Origin: Chromatiales bacterium | GTDB taxonomy: Bacteria > Pseudomonadota > Gammaproteobacteria > Chromatiales > Chromatiaceae | DNA length: 40,000 nt | NCBI GenBank assembly: GCA_028280505.1 | Contig: JANQLO010000081.1 | Location: 14,614 to 54,613, forward strand | Direction of reading: 5' to 3' | Shown: piece after piece, positions 16,940-25,598 of the stretch | Numbering within the stretch: position 1 is the stretch's first letter | Layout of the letters: every line of letters begins with the position of its first letter | Position numbers and translations under genes: made by a program | Notes under the pieces: generated by a model | Seen by the model: only the letters and a program-made list of their open reading frames with translations | Database searches by the model: none | What the model was told of the DNA's origin: nothing

Positions 16940-17131
16940 CTACGCGGTATCGTCGCGTGAGTCGAGTAAGTGTTTGGTGCTTTCCGTACGATAGTTTTGC
17001 ATCAGGACTGCGAGGGCTGTGACGGATTCGACTTGCATCTTGCGCAGAATATTCGCGCGATGGGTTTCGACTACCATGGTGGCCGCCATCGACGTGATGG
17101 CGGTCGCAAGGCCGGTTAGGGTGATGTCCAT
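16940..17131 (-). CDS. 63-aa ORF resembling the C-terminal two-thirds of a LuxR/GerE HTH domain (possible remnant)
   Basis: LATAITSMAATMVVETHRANILRKMQVESVTALAVLM resembles IAxxLxISxxTVExHRxNIxxKLxVxS. The first helix (LTxRExEVL) and any receiver domain are absent. Starts 8 nt after the fhcC stop. Confidence 0.3.
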   Translation of the reverse strand: MDITLTGLATAITSMAATMVVETHRANILRKMQVESVTALAVLMQNYRTESTKHLLDSRDDTA

Positions 17132-17139
17132 TGTCGGGG

Positions 17140-17958
17140 TCAGTCGAGCACGAGGATTTCACCGCGTCCATCGCAGGCGAGATCGCCGACGTAGCGTTGT
17201 ACCGTGGCCCGGTCGTCGGCGGCGATGACCGGTCCGCCGGTCCGCCGTTGGATGTCGTTCAGCAACAATCGAAGGAAAGGCAGTTGCTGTCGCCCGTTGT
17301 CGACGATGGTACTGCCCAGTGCCGGCGGAAGGCGGTTCAAGAGCAATGTGCCGCGCCGCATGCCGTGGCCGGCGAGTTCGCCTACCCGACCGCGTGCGCA
17401 AAGCGTACCGGCGATCATGCAGTGACCGAGAAGATCGCCGCAGTCGCCGTCGATGACCATCAGGCCTCGGCGCATGCGTTCGCCGGCGCGCTCGCCCGCA
17501 TTGCCCCGGATATGAATGAGCCCACCCTGTTGACCGCGGCGTTCACCGGCGGCTGGCGCGCCGGTCCGGGCCCCGACATTGCCGTCGATCGAGAGACGAC
17601 CGCCGTGCATGCCGCTGCCTGTGCTGTCGCCGGCATTACCGCGGATCTCGATGATGCCACCACGCATGGCACGACCCGTATAGTGGCCGGCGTCACCGTC
17701 GACGATGATGCGGCCGTTTTCGAGTCCGGTACCGATCTGATCGAGTCCGCCGTCTACAGGCAGCAATAAGAGTTCGTCACTAGGACCGTCTTGGATCTCG
17801 ACCTCGAACAATTCCGCCAGGGGTAGCGGGTGATTGCCCAGGTGTAAAGGTATCCGGCGGATGTCGTCCGGGTTCATGGCGGCCAACCGGCCTGGCAGGA
17901 TGCCGCTGAAGTCGATGCGCTGACGTGTCGACCGGACCTGGCGCAAGATTACGCTCAT
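17140..17958 (-). CDS. fhcC: Formyltransferase/hydrolase complex subunit C (FwdC/FmdC homologue)
   Basis: ORF 17140-18447 trimmed to the ATG at comp. 17956-17958, which forms an ATGA overlap with the fhcD stop. Repeated beta-helix G-x-x-G units (GDAGHYTGRAMRGGIIEIRGNAGDSTGSGMHGGRLSIDGNVG...). Confidence 0.88.
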   Translation of the reverse strand: MSVILRQVRSTRQRIDFSGILPGRLAAMNPDDIRRIPLHLGNHPLPLAELFEVEIQDGPSDELLLLPVDGGLDQIGTGLENGRIIVDGDAGHYTGRAMRGGIIEIRGNAGDSTGSGMHGGRLSIDGNVGARTGAPAAGERRGQQGGLIHIRGNAGERAGERMRRGLMVIDGDCGDLLGHCMIAGTLCARGRVGELAGHGMRRGTLLLNRLPPALGSTIVDNGRQQLPFLRLLLNDIQRRTGGPVIAADDRATVQRYVGDLACDGRGEILVLD

Positions 17959-18860
17959 GTTAGCGCTCCCAGCACCTCGTGCAGGCGAAAATGAAACTGG
18001 CCGAGTTTGCCGCCGTAGTTGCCGGCGGAGACGCGCGTGATGCCCTGTTCGGCGCCGCGTGCGCATACTGCCCGAATACCGGCTCGCATGGCCGTGCTCA
18101 CGTCCTGTTCGTCGAGTCCGTTGACCACGATCTCGAGTGCCGCGCCGGTAGCGTCGTCGAGTCGGGAAGCGACCAGGCCGCGCAGTGTCGGGCAGTAGGC
18201 ATCGTTGGTCGAGGCCATGAGGCTTTTGTAGCGCGAGCCGACCTTCGATCCCGAGCGCACGATACCGCCGGGGAAGGGCAATACGACATTGGGCAGGCGG
18301 CGCATGGCGATGACGGCGTCCTCGCACGCGGCCAGGGCCTGCTCCTGGGTCCGTGCCAGTACCAGAAAGTTGCCGCCACCGACGGCCCCACAACGGGCGG
18401 TGGTCTCTTCGGCCAGGAATTCGCCGTCCATGACGGGAACACGCCAATAGCGCCGGCCGGCGATCAGCTTGCTGATCTGATAACCGTCACCGAAGTAACG
18501 CAGATTCTTGCCCAGAGGCAGTTGTTCACCATCCTGCATACCGGCGAACACCGCCGTGGTCGGGCAGGTGAGTACACATTGTCCTGTGCGGCGTTCGAGC
18601 TGTTTCGCCAGATCCTTGCCGGACATCCCGAACAACAGCACGCCGATGCCGGGGCGGCCGTCCGGCGTTTGTGTTTCGGGTATCTCGTTTTCTATCCCGG
18701 CCTCGACGCCGCAACCGATCACCGACGTGGCGAAGCCGGTCATGGTTTCGGCGGCCTGTCGTGCCCAATGCCGATTGACGGCCGTGATGACGATCCGGGT
18801 GGCCTTCATGCCGAAGGCCTCGGCAAAGGTGTCCTCGATCACGACGCCGTTGATCTGCAT
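17955..18860 (-). CDS. fhcD: Formylmethanofuran:tetrahydromethanopterin formyltransferase (Ftr homologue)
   Basis: ORF 17955-19037 trimmed to MQINGVVIEDTFAEAFGMKATRIVITA, which matches the canonical Ftr N-terminus (MEINGVEIEDTFAEAF...). About 301 aa. Confidence 0.9.
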   Translation of the reverse strand: MQINGVVIEDTFAEAFGMKATRIVITAVNRHWARQAAETMTGFATSVIGCGVEAGIENEIPETQTPDGRPGIGVLLFGMSGKDLAKQLERRTGQCVLTCPTTAVFAGMQDGEQLPLGKNLRYFGDGYQISKLIAGRRYWRVPVMDGEFLAEETTARCGAVGGGNFLVLARTQEQALAACEDAVIAMRRLPNVVLPFPGGIVRSGSKVGSRYKSLMASTNDAYCPTLRGLVASRLDDATGAALEIVVNGLDEQDVSTAMRAGIRAVCARGAEQGITRVSAGNYGGKLGQFHFRLHEVLGALT

Positions 18861-19088
18861 GTTCGTCTTGTCCCGGTTCAGTTCAGTACTTACATCCGCC
18901 AGGCAACGCAATTCCTGTGCCGCTGTCCGGATGCCGATGAACGGATCGAAGAATCCGTCGTGATGACCAATCTTTTTTCGAAGGGTTGTCATGGGTGTGC
19001 TTAATCGCGGTGACACAGTGACACGCGACAGGTGCACGCCGCCGTCCCGCGGCGCCGACTATCCCGGCGACACCGCCGTTTGCGAAGC

Positions 19089-19104
19089 AGGCACGGCGTT
19101 TGCA
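19089..19104 (+). promoter_or_regulatory. Second sigma54-like -24/-12 motif, just upstream of mptG (weak call)
   Basis: AGGCAC-GGCGT-TTGCA matches GGCAC-N5-TTGCA. However, the -12 element is only ~13 nt from ATG 19117, which would imply a leaderless mRNA or a downstream start (GTG 19156). Confidence 0.3.
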
Positions 19105-19116
19105 ATCCCCCTTGCC

Positions 19117-20127
19117 ATGAATGCTGCATGGTCTTCCAACCAGTCTGTCACCGCGGTGAACGTCGATACGCCGGCGCGCCTGCATCTCGGGTTTCTCGAC
19201 CTGAGCGGGTCGCTCGGTCGTCGCTTCGGCAGTCTGGGATTGAGCATCGAGGCCTTCCGTACGCAGTTGCGGGTGGTGCGCGCGCGCAAACTCGGCGCCA
19301 CGGGGCCGGGTGCGGAACGGGCGATGGGGTATGCGGAACGGATGCTCGATGCGTTGGGCGTGAAGGACCGGGTGTCGATCCAACTCGATACGGCGATTCC
19401 CGATCATCTGGGATTGGGTTCCGGCACCCAGATGGCGCTGGCGGTCAGCCGTGCGATTGCCGACTTGTTCGTCATCGACCGTTCGACACGGGAACTCGCG
19501 GCGCTGTTACAACGGGGCGCACGCTCGGGTATCGGTATCGGTGCCTTCGACGATGGCGGTTTTCTGCTCGATGGTGGCGTCGGCAAGGACGGTCAGGTCC
19601 CGCCGGTGATCGCACGATTGTCCTTTCCGGAGCAATGGCGAATCCTGTTGATAATGGATGCACGCGGGCAGGGTTTGCACGGCCGGCGCGAGATTGAGGC
19701 CTTCCGGCGCTTGCCGCCGTTCTCTGCCGATCTGGCCGCACATCTCTGCCATCTGACATTGATGAAGATTCTGCCCGGGCTGCAACGGGGCGAGCTGCAA
19801 CCGGTCGCCGAGGGTATCGCCGAACTGCAACGCCGTGTCGGCGATCATTTCGCGCCCGCGCAGGGTGGCCGCTTCACTAGCAAAGCCGTGGCCGATGCAT
19901 TGAGCTGGGTCGATTCGCTGGGCCATTGTGGCATCGGTCAGAGTTCCTGGGGACCGACCGGTTTCGTGTTGCTGCCCGACGACCCATCGGCACAGGCGTT
20001 GTTGTCGCAGGCGCGTCGGCGTTTCGGCGAGTTATCGCCCTTGCGGTTTCTGGTGACGACGGCCTGTAACGAGGGTGGTCGCGTTCGGCTCGAACATACC
20101 GCCGATGCGCTGAAGGAATTTTGTTAA
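19117..20127 (+). CDS. mptG: Beta-ribofuranosylaminobenzene 5'-phosphate synthase (GHMP-kinase fold), H4MPT biosynthesis
   Basis: ORF 18991-20127 trimmed to ATG 19117. N-terminal VDTPARLHLGFLDLSG and GHMP motif HLGLGSGTQMALAV. Located next to mtdB, as in methylotroph H4MPT islands. Confidence 0.82.
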   Translation: MNAAWSSNQSVTAVNVDTPARLHLGFLDLSGSLGRRFGSLGLSIEAFRTQLRVVRARKLGATGPGAERAMGYAERMLDALGVKDRVSIQLDTAIPDHLGLGSGTQMALAVSRAIADLFVIDRSTRELAALLQRGARSGIGIGAFDDGGFLLDGGVGKDGQVPPVIARLSFPEQWRILLIMDARGQGLHGRREIEAFRRLPPFSADLAAHLCHLTLMKILPGLQRGELQPVAEGIAELQRRVGDHFAPAQGGRFTSKAVADALSWVDSLGHCGIGQSSWGPTGFVLLPDDPSAQALLSQARRRFGELSPLRFLVTTACNEGGRVRLEHTADALKEFC

Positions 20128-20130
20128 GGC

Positions 20131-21030
20131 ATGCAACGCGCAACGATTCTTCATATGTTCACCGCGGCGCCAAACCTGAGCCCGTTCGATGTCAATATGG
20201 CGGTCGATGCCGGTTGGCAGCACTGTATCCCCTACACCGGCCTTGTAACCGAACAGATCGCGGATTTCACTCAGGATGCGATTTTCTCGCGCGGCCCCAA
20301 GGGGGTGAAACGCACCGGGATATTCGTCGGCGGGCGTGACATCCATATCGCCAATGGGATGTTGCAGGCGGCGCGATCCGCCATGGTGCCGCCGTTCGAG
20401 GTGTCGGTGTTTGCCGACCCCAGCGGTGCCTTCACGACGGCGGCCGGTATGGTCGCTACGGTCGAACGCCGTTTTCGAGAACTTACGGACCGTTCATTGG
20501 ATGGGGTTACCGCATTGGTGTTCGGCGGCACCGGGCCGGTCGGCACCACCTGTGCGATGTTGGCGCGTCGGGCCGGCGCCAAAACGCTCGTTGTCAGTCA
20601 CGAGAGCAAGCGCAAGGCCGATGAGGTGGTCGCGATGTGCGCCGAGCTTTACGGGGTCGAGTTGGCCGGCGCCGACGGCAGTGAAGACGCCAAGATCATT
20701 GATCTGATCGCGGGTGCCGATGTGGTGTTCAGTGCCGCCAAGGCCGGTGTGCAGGTACTCGATAAGCGGCACCTGGCTGCCGCGGAGCAGGCGAGAGTGT
20801 TGTGCGACGTCAACGCGGTACCGCCAGAAGGTATTGCCGGTGTCGGGGTGATGGACAACGGTGAACCGGTCGGTGCGACGCCACGCGATGCGCTGGGTAT
20901 CGGTGCCCTCGCGGTCGGTAACGTCAAGTACCAGACCCAGCAGACGATGCTGCAACACATGCTCGAAGCCGAACGGCCGGTGTATCTGGATTACCAGCAG
21001 GCATTCGACGTGGCGCGCGCCAAGGTCTGA
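20131..21030 (+). CDS. mtdB: NAD(P)-dependent methylene-tetrahydromethanopterin dehydrogenase
   Basis: 299 aa. MtdA/MtdB-family features (SPFDVNMAVDAG, IFVGGRD, Rossmann LVFGGTGPVGTTCAMLA). The mtdB rather than mtdA call rests on H4MPT-cluster context. Confidence 0.8.
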   Translation: MQRATILHMFTAAPNLSPFDVNMAVDAGWQHCIPYTGLVTEQIADFTQDAIFSRGPKGVKRTGIFVGGRDIHIANGMLQAARSAMVPPFEVSVFADPSGAFTTAAGMVATVERRFRELTDRSLDGVTALVFGGTGPVGTTCAMLARRAGAKTLVVSHESKRKADEVVAMCAELYGVELAGADGSEDAKIIDLIAGADVVFSAAKAGVQVLDKRHLAAAEQARVLCDVNAVPPEGIAGVGVMDNGEPVGATPRDALGIGALAVGNVKYQTQQTMLQHMLEAERPVYLDYQQAFDVARAKV

Positions 21031-21031
21031 T

Positions 21032-22147
21032 ATGCACACCACGGATTCGATTTTGTTGATCGGCAACTCGGTGCGTTATTTGGCGCAGTCGGGACAGCGA
21101 CACGGTTATGCGGTACATGCGGCCGATGCCTTCGGCGACGTGGATATGCGACAGGCGAGCATGTGTCAGCGACGCGCACAACGCGCGACACCGGATGCAC
21201 TCTTGGACGCGACAAAGGGTCTGAAACATATCGGTGATATGCCGTGGATCTACGGTGCAGGCTTCGAGGCAGCGCCCGATACATTGCTGGCATTCAGTCG
21301 GCAGCGTCCCGGGCTGTTGGGTAACGATCCGAAAGTGCTCCAGTTGTTGTCCGATCCCGCGCGTTTTTTCGTCTTGCTCGACACGCTCGACATCGCCTAT
21401 CCGAGGACCTTGCTGAGGCAGCCGCCGGACAGATCCGATGGCTGGTTGTTCAAGGCCAGCGGGCGATTCGGTGGATTGAACGTGCAGCTGGCGAAACACG
21501 GCGGGCACGATGTCGATAACGGCTACTACCAGACGTTCGTCAATGGCCGTTTGTGTTCCTTGTGTTTCGCCGCCGACGGCCGGGAGGCACGGCCGATAGG
21601 ATTCAGCCGTCTGTTGGCGCGTTATCCGTCAGCCGGCGATTTTCGTTTCGCCGGCGCGATCAGCGGTCTGCAGGTGTCGTTGGTTCAGCAGACGCGTATG
21701 CGACAGGTCGCACAACGTTTGACCCGCGCATTGTCGTTGCGCGGCGTGAATGGCCTGGATTTCGTTATCGACGACGGCGAGCCCCTGTTGCTCGAACTCA
21801 ATGCGCGCCCACCGGCGACTCTGGAGCTGTATGAGGGTTGTTTGCCCCGCGGCGGCCTGGCATGTCATCTGGATGCCGCGGGCGGACGTTTGCCGGAAAT
21901 CGCATCGACATCCCGGGTAAGTGGTATGCGCATGCTTTATGCGCGTCGTCGTCTGCAGGTGGGTGCGGTCGACTGGCCGGACTGGGTCAGCGATCGTCCA
22001 TCGGAAGGTACGCGGGTCGAGTGCGACGAACCCTTGTGCACGGTGCATGCGGTTGGAACCGACGCCGGTGCCGTCGAGGCATGCCTGCGCCAACGTGCCG
22101 ATCGGCTCATGGATGGGATCAACAATCTTGCCAGGGATGTTGCCTGA
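21032..22147 (+). CDS. ATP-grasp family protein of the H4MPT/methanofuran island ('orf5'-type, function unassigned)
   Basis: ORF 20861-22147 trimmed to ATG 21032, 1 nt after the mtdB stop. ATP-grasp C-terminal core (RGVNGLDFVIDDGEPLLLELNARPPATLELY). Confidence 0.72.
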   Translation: MHTTDSILLIGNSVRYLAQSGQRHGYAVHAADAFGDVDMRQASMCQRRAQRATPDALLDATKGLKHIGDMPWIYGAGFEAAPDTLLAFSRQRPGLLGNDPKVLQLLSDPARFFVLLDTLDIAYPRTLLRQPPDRSDGWLFKASGRFGGLNVQLAKHGGHDVDNGYYQTFVNGRLCSLCFAADGREARPIGFSRLLARYPSAGDFRFAGAISGLQVSLVQQTRMRQVAQRLTRALSLRGVNGLDFVIDDGEPLLLELNARPPATLELYEGCLPRGGLACHLDAAGGRLPEIASTSRVSGMRMLYARRRLQVGAVDWPDWVSDRPSEGTRVECDEPLCTVHAVGTDAGAVEACLRQRADRLMDGINNLARDVA

Positions 22148-22148
22148 T

Positions 22149-23132
22149 ATGGTGCAGCCGACATCTTCAATATTGCTGAATCGACGTGCCGCAAAGTTGG
22201 TCGATCGCTTGGTCGAGGATAGCGATGTGCTGCGTCTGCGCATCGAGCGGCTTGGCAATGGCGTGCGCATTGTCGACGCCGGTATCGACTGTGTTGGCGG
22301 TATCGAGGCGGGACGGCGGATCGCGGAGATCTGTCTGGGCGGCCTGGGCCGGGTCGGGATCAATGGATGCGGGCCGGTCGATGGTTGGGGTGCAAACCTG
22401 ACCGTGCACAGCACCAGTCCGGTTACCGCCTGTTTGGGCTCCCAGTATGCCGGTTGGCGCCTTTCGCATGGTGAGGGCAAATCGGCGTTTCATGCATTGG
22501 GCTCGGGGCCGGCGCGCGTGTTGGCATCGAAGGAGACGTTGTTTGAAGAACTCGGCCTGAGTGATGACGCCGATTGCGCCACCCTGGTGTTGGAGGTCGA
22601 CGCACTGCCCCCTGAGGGGTTGACGGAAAAGATCGCTACCGACTGTGGTGTCGATCCGTCGCGTCTTACGTTGATTCTTACGCCGACTCGCAGTCTGGCA
22701 GGGACGACACAGGTGGTCGCGCGCGTACTGGAGGTGGCGCTGCATAAGGCCCATGAGCTGGACTTCCCCTTGAATCATTTCCTCGATGGCGTGGGTTCGG
22801 CGCCCCTGCCGCCGCCGGCACCGGATTTTGTGCACGCCATGGGCCGTACCAATGACGCTATCCTGTTCGGCGGCCAGGTGCATCTGTACGTCGATGGTGG
22901 CGACGATGCGGCCGAATCCCTGGCCAAGGCATTGCCGAGCAGCGGTTCGCGCGATTACGGCCGGCCTTTCGCGGATATCTTCAAGGCCTACGAGTACGAT
23001 TTCTTCAAGATAGATCCGATGTTGTTCAGCCCGGCAAAGGTCAGCGTGACCGCCATGCGTTCGGGGAACAGCTTTCATGCCGGAGCGATCGATCATGCGT
23101 TGCTGTCGCGCTCGTTTGGAGAGACGACATGA
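22149..23132 (+). CDS. mch: Methenyl-tetrahydromethanopterin cyclohydrolase
   Basis: ORF 21921-23132 trimmed to ATG 22149, 1 nt after the upstream stop. Mch-like throughout (ACLGSQYAGW, LGSGPARV, GRTNDAILFGG, SPA-V-V). Confidence 0.9.
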   Translation: MVQPTSSILLNRRAAKLVDRLVEDSDVLRLRIERLGNGVRIVDAGIDCVGGIEAGRRIAEICLGGLGRVGINGCGPVDGWGANLTVHSTSPVTACLGSQYAGWRLSHGEGKSAFHALGSGPARVLASKETLFEELGLSDDADCATLVLEVDALPPEGLTEKIATDCGVDPSRLTLILTPTRSLAGTTQVVARVLEVALHKAHELDFPLNHFLDGVGSAPLPPPAPDFVHAMGRTNDAILFGGQVHLYVDGGDDAAESLAKALPSSGSRDYGRPFADIFKAYEYDFFKIDPMLFSPAKVSVTAMRSGNSFHAGAIDHALLSRSFGETT

Positions 23133-24040
23133 GTCTGCGTGTCGCCGTCTTGACCGACAAGCCGGGTTGGCACGGCCGCGCGCTGCGCCGGGCCTTTGCA
23201 TCGCGGGGCGTCGATACCCGCTATGTTTCTCTTGCCGGCGCACGGCTCGATCTGGACGGTGGCGCGCGTATCTGTCTTCCGGGATTCGAACGGGCGCTGC
23301 CGGATGCGGTATTCGTGCGCGGCGTACCGGGCGGCAGTCTGGAGCAGGTTGTTTGTCATCTGAATGTGCTGCATGCGCTGAGCGAACTCGGTGTGCCGGT
23401 ATACAACGACGGCCGTGCGATCGAACGCTCGGTGGACAAAAGTCTGACCAGTCTGAAGTTGCTTCAAGCGGGGTTACCGACACCGCCGACCTGGGTGACT
23501 TCGGATCGAGCACATGCCCTGGCGATCGCTCGTCGTCAAACGGCGGGCGGTGGCGTATTGATCTGCAAGCCACTGTTCGGTTCGCAGGGTGAGGGCATTC
23601 GCCTGCTGCATTCGGTCGATGACCTGCCGGCCGCAGGGGCGGTCGACAATGTTTGGTATCTGCAGCGATTCATCGGTGATCCTGAGGCACCGGCCAGCGA
23701 CTGGCGGGTGTTCGTCATCGGTGGTCGAGCGGTCGCGGCCATGCGTCGCAATGCACGGGGGTGGTTGGCGAATGTCGCGCAGGGAGGCGTTTGCCAGGCC
23801 GTACTGCCCGAAGGCGATATGCGTCGTCTCGCCGAGGATGCGGTGAGCTGTCTCGACATGGCCTATGCCGGCGTCGATCTCATGCGCGACCCCGAAGGTA
23901 ACTGGTGGCTGATCGAGGTCAACAGTATCCCCGCGTGGAAGGGACTGCAGGGTGTTTGTCGGGTCGATATCGCCGCGAGTCTGGCAGACGATTTATTGCG
24001 TCGGTGTGTCGTATGCCAGGATGCCGGGGTGATACCGTGA
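23129..24040 (+). CDS. mptN: RimK-type ATP-grasp ligase, likely tetrahydromethanopterin:alpha-L-glutamate ligase
   Basis: 303 aa. ATGA overlap with mch, GGAGAG at 23118-23123. RimK-like motifs (KPLFGSQGEGI, WRVFVIGG, NVAQGG, GVDLM...IEVNSIPAWKGL). Confidence 0.78.
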   Translation: MSLRVAVLTDKPGWHGRALRRAFASRGVDTRYVSLAGARLDLDGGARICLPGFERALPDAVFVRGVPGGSLEQVVCHLNVLHALSELGVPVYNDGRAIERSVDKSLTSLKLLQAGLPTPPTWVTSDRAHALAIARRQTAGGGVLICKPLFGSQGEGIRLLHSVDDLPAAGAVDNVWYLQRFIGDPEAPASDWRVFVIGGRAVAAMRRNARGWLANVAQGGVCQAVLPEGDMRRLAEDAVSCLDMAYAGVDLMRDPEGNWWLIEVNSIPAWKGLQGVCRVDIAASLADDLLRRCVVCQDAGVIP

Positions 24041-24996
24041 AGGCCTTGAGCGCCGAACGGGTCCGCGCCTGTTACCGTGCTGCATGCGAACTCGATGTGC
24101 AGGCATTCAAGCCGGGCAATGTCTCCGTGCAATCGCCGGGACACGGCATGACGGCGAGCGATTTCCTGCGCAGTGCCCGACACAGTGCGTCGCCGATCGC
24201 ACGCGAGGGCGTCACGCTCGGTCGGCGTATCCTCGACAGCGTTTCGGCGACTCGCGCGGTGGTGGATTGCAATACCAATCTCGGCATCGTGCTGTTGATC
24301 GCCCCTTTGGTGCAGGCACATTACAGTTATCCCGGCATTCCCTTGGCGGTGGCGGTAAGCAAGGTATTGGCCACGACAGACATCGCCGACACCGAGGCGG
24401 TCTATCGTGCCGTTCGATTGGCCGCGCCCGGCGGTTTGGGCGAGGCCGAGCGCCATGACGTTTCCGGGTTGGCCGGGGCTGCCTTGACCGATGTGATGCG
24501 TGAGGCGGAAGCGCATGATTTGATCGCGCGCCAGTACGCCAACGGTTATATCGAGCTGTTACACGATGCCTGCCCGTATCTGGCGCATGCGCTGAAACGC
24601 CAGACGACGGTCGAGTATGCGCTCACCGACTTGTTTCTGTATTTGCTCGCGAACTATCCGGACAGCCATATCGGACGCAAATACGGTGACCGGGTCGCCG
24701 CCGATGTCATGGTGATGGCCGCCGAGACAAGGCGTGTCTTCGACGACGCGGCAAACGACGACCGGCGCTTGGCTGCCCTGTATGTGTTCGACGAAACACT
24801 CAAGCAACGCGACATCAATCCGGGTACCACCGCGGATTTCTGTGTCGCCGCATGTTTTTCCCATCGTCTGCAATCGCAGGCGACCGCAAACCCCGGGACA
24901 GACCCGGACAACCCGCGGAACACAAGGCCCAGCCAGGCCGGACTACCGCGTCTATCGATAAGACAAGCATACGAAGGAGAAATGAAATGGCAGTGA
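24037..24996 (+). CDS. Triphosphoribosyl-dephospho-CoA synthase (CitG/MdcB)-like protein ('orf7'-type, role in the C1 cofactor pathway unassigned)
   Basis: ORF 23905-24996. GTG 24037 forms a GTGA overlap with the mptN stop. CitG-like start ([15 protein letters not shown] ... NTNLGIVLL ... PGTTADF). The 3' end overlaps the fae start by 10 nt. Confidence 0.72.
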   Translation: MKALSAERVRACYRAACELDVQAFKPGNVSVQSPGHGMTASDFLRSARHSASPIAREGVTLGRRILDSVSATRAVVDCNTNLGIVLLIAPLVQAHYSYPGIPLAVAVSKVLATTDIADTEAVYRAVRLAAPGGLGEAERHDVSGLAGAALTDVMREAEAHDLIARQYANGYIELLHDACPYLAHALKRQTTVEYALTDLFLYLLANYPDSHIGRKYGDRVAADVMVMAAETRRVFDDAANDDRRLAALYVFDETLKQRDINPGTTADFCVAACFSHRLQSQATANPGTDPDNPRNTRPSQAGLPRLSIRQAYEGEMKWQ

Positions 24997-25499
24997 TCAA
25001 CAAAACTCTGGTGGGCGAATCGCTGGTTGGTGACGGCAACGAGGTTGCACACATCGATCTGATTATGGGGCCGCGCGGTTCCGCGGCCGAGACCGCGTTC
25101 TGCAACGGTCTGGTGAACAATAAAGACGGTTTCACCGCCTTGCTGGCCGTCGTTGCGCCCAACTTACCCTGTAAGCCGAACACCATGATGTTTAACAAGG
25201 TCACCATCAAGGGCGCCAAACAGGCGGTGCAGATGTTCGGACCGGCCCAGCGCGGGGTGGCGATGGCGGTGGCCGATTGTGTCGAGGACGGCACCATCCC
25301 GGCCGACGAGGCGGACGATCTTTTTATCTCGGTCGGCGTGTTCATCCATTGGGAGGCCGAGGACGACGCCAAGATCCAGGACTATAACTACGAGGCCACC
25401 AAGCAGTCGATCAAGCGCGCCATTGCCGGGACGCCGACTGCCGCCGAGGTCGTCGCAGGCAAAGGCAGCAACGAGCATCCGTTTGCGGCACATGCCTGA
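24987..25499 (+). CDS. fae: Formaldehyde-activating enzyme
   Basis: ORF 24852-25499 trimmed to ATG 24987, behind AGGAGA (24974-24979). 170 aa: [38 protein letters not shown]..., matching the size and N-terminus of Fae. Confidence 0.93.
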   Translation: MAVINKTLVGESLVGDGNEVAHIDLIMGPRGSAAETAFCNGLVNNKDGFTALLAVVAPNLPCKPNTMMFNKVTIKGAKQAVQMFGPAQRGVAMAVADCVEDGTIPADEADDLFISVGVFIHWEAEDDAKIQDYNYEATKQSIKRAIAGTPTAAEVVAGKGSNEHPFAAHA

Positions 25500-25506
25500 C
25501 GAACCG

Positions 25507-25537
25507 GAGTGGGGTCGATACGACCCCACTCGTTTTG
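25507..25537 (+). terminator. Rho-independent terminator after fae
   Basis: GAGTGGGGTCG-ATA-CGACCCCACTC forms a perfect 11-bp stem, followed by GTTTTG. Confidence 0.7.
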
Positions 25538-25598
25538 CGCCTGACAAGGCACGACAGCAAGGCTTCGGATTGCGTTAGCAGGCCTTAGGGGGCGGACC

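Noticed and set aside
17131-19004. Plus-strand ORFs 17131-17769 and 17979-19004 opposite fhcC and fhcD; also 13234-14094 (minus) opposite the MauG fusion
   Set aside because: They are antisense to genes with clear family signatures and have no motifs of their own.
22167-23573. 468-aa minus-strand ORF opposite mch and mptN
   Set aside because: It is Arg-rich shadow sequence, and the plus-strand genes are strongly supported.
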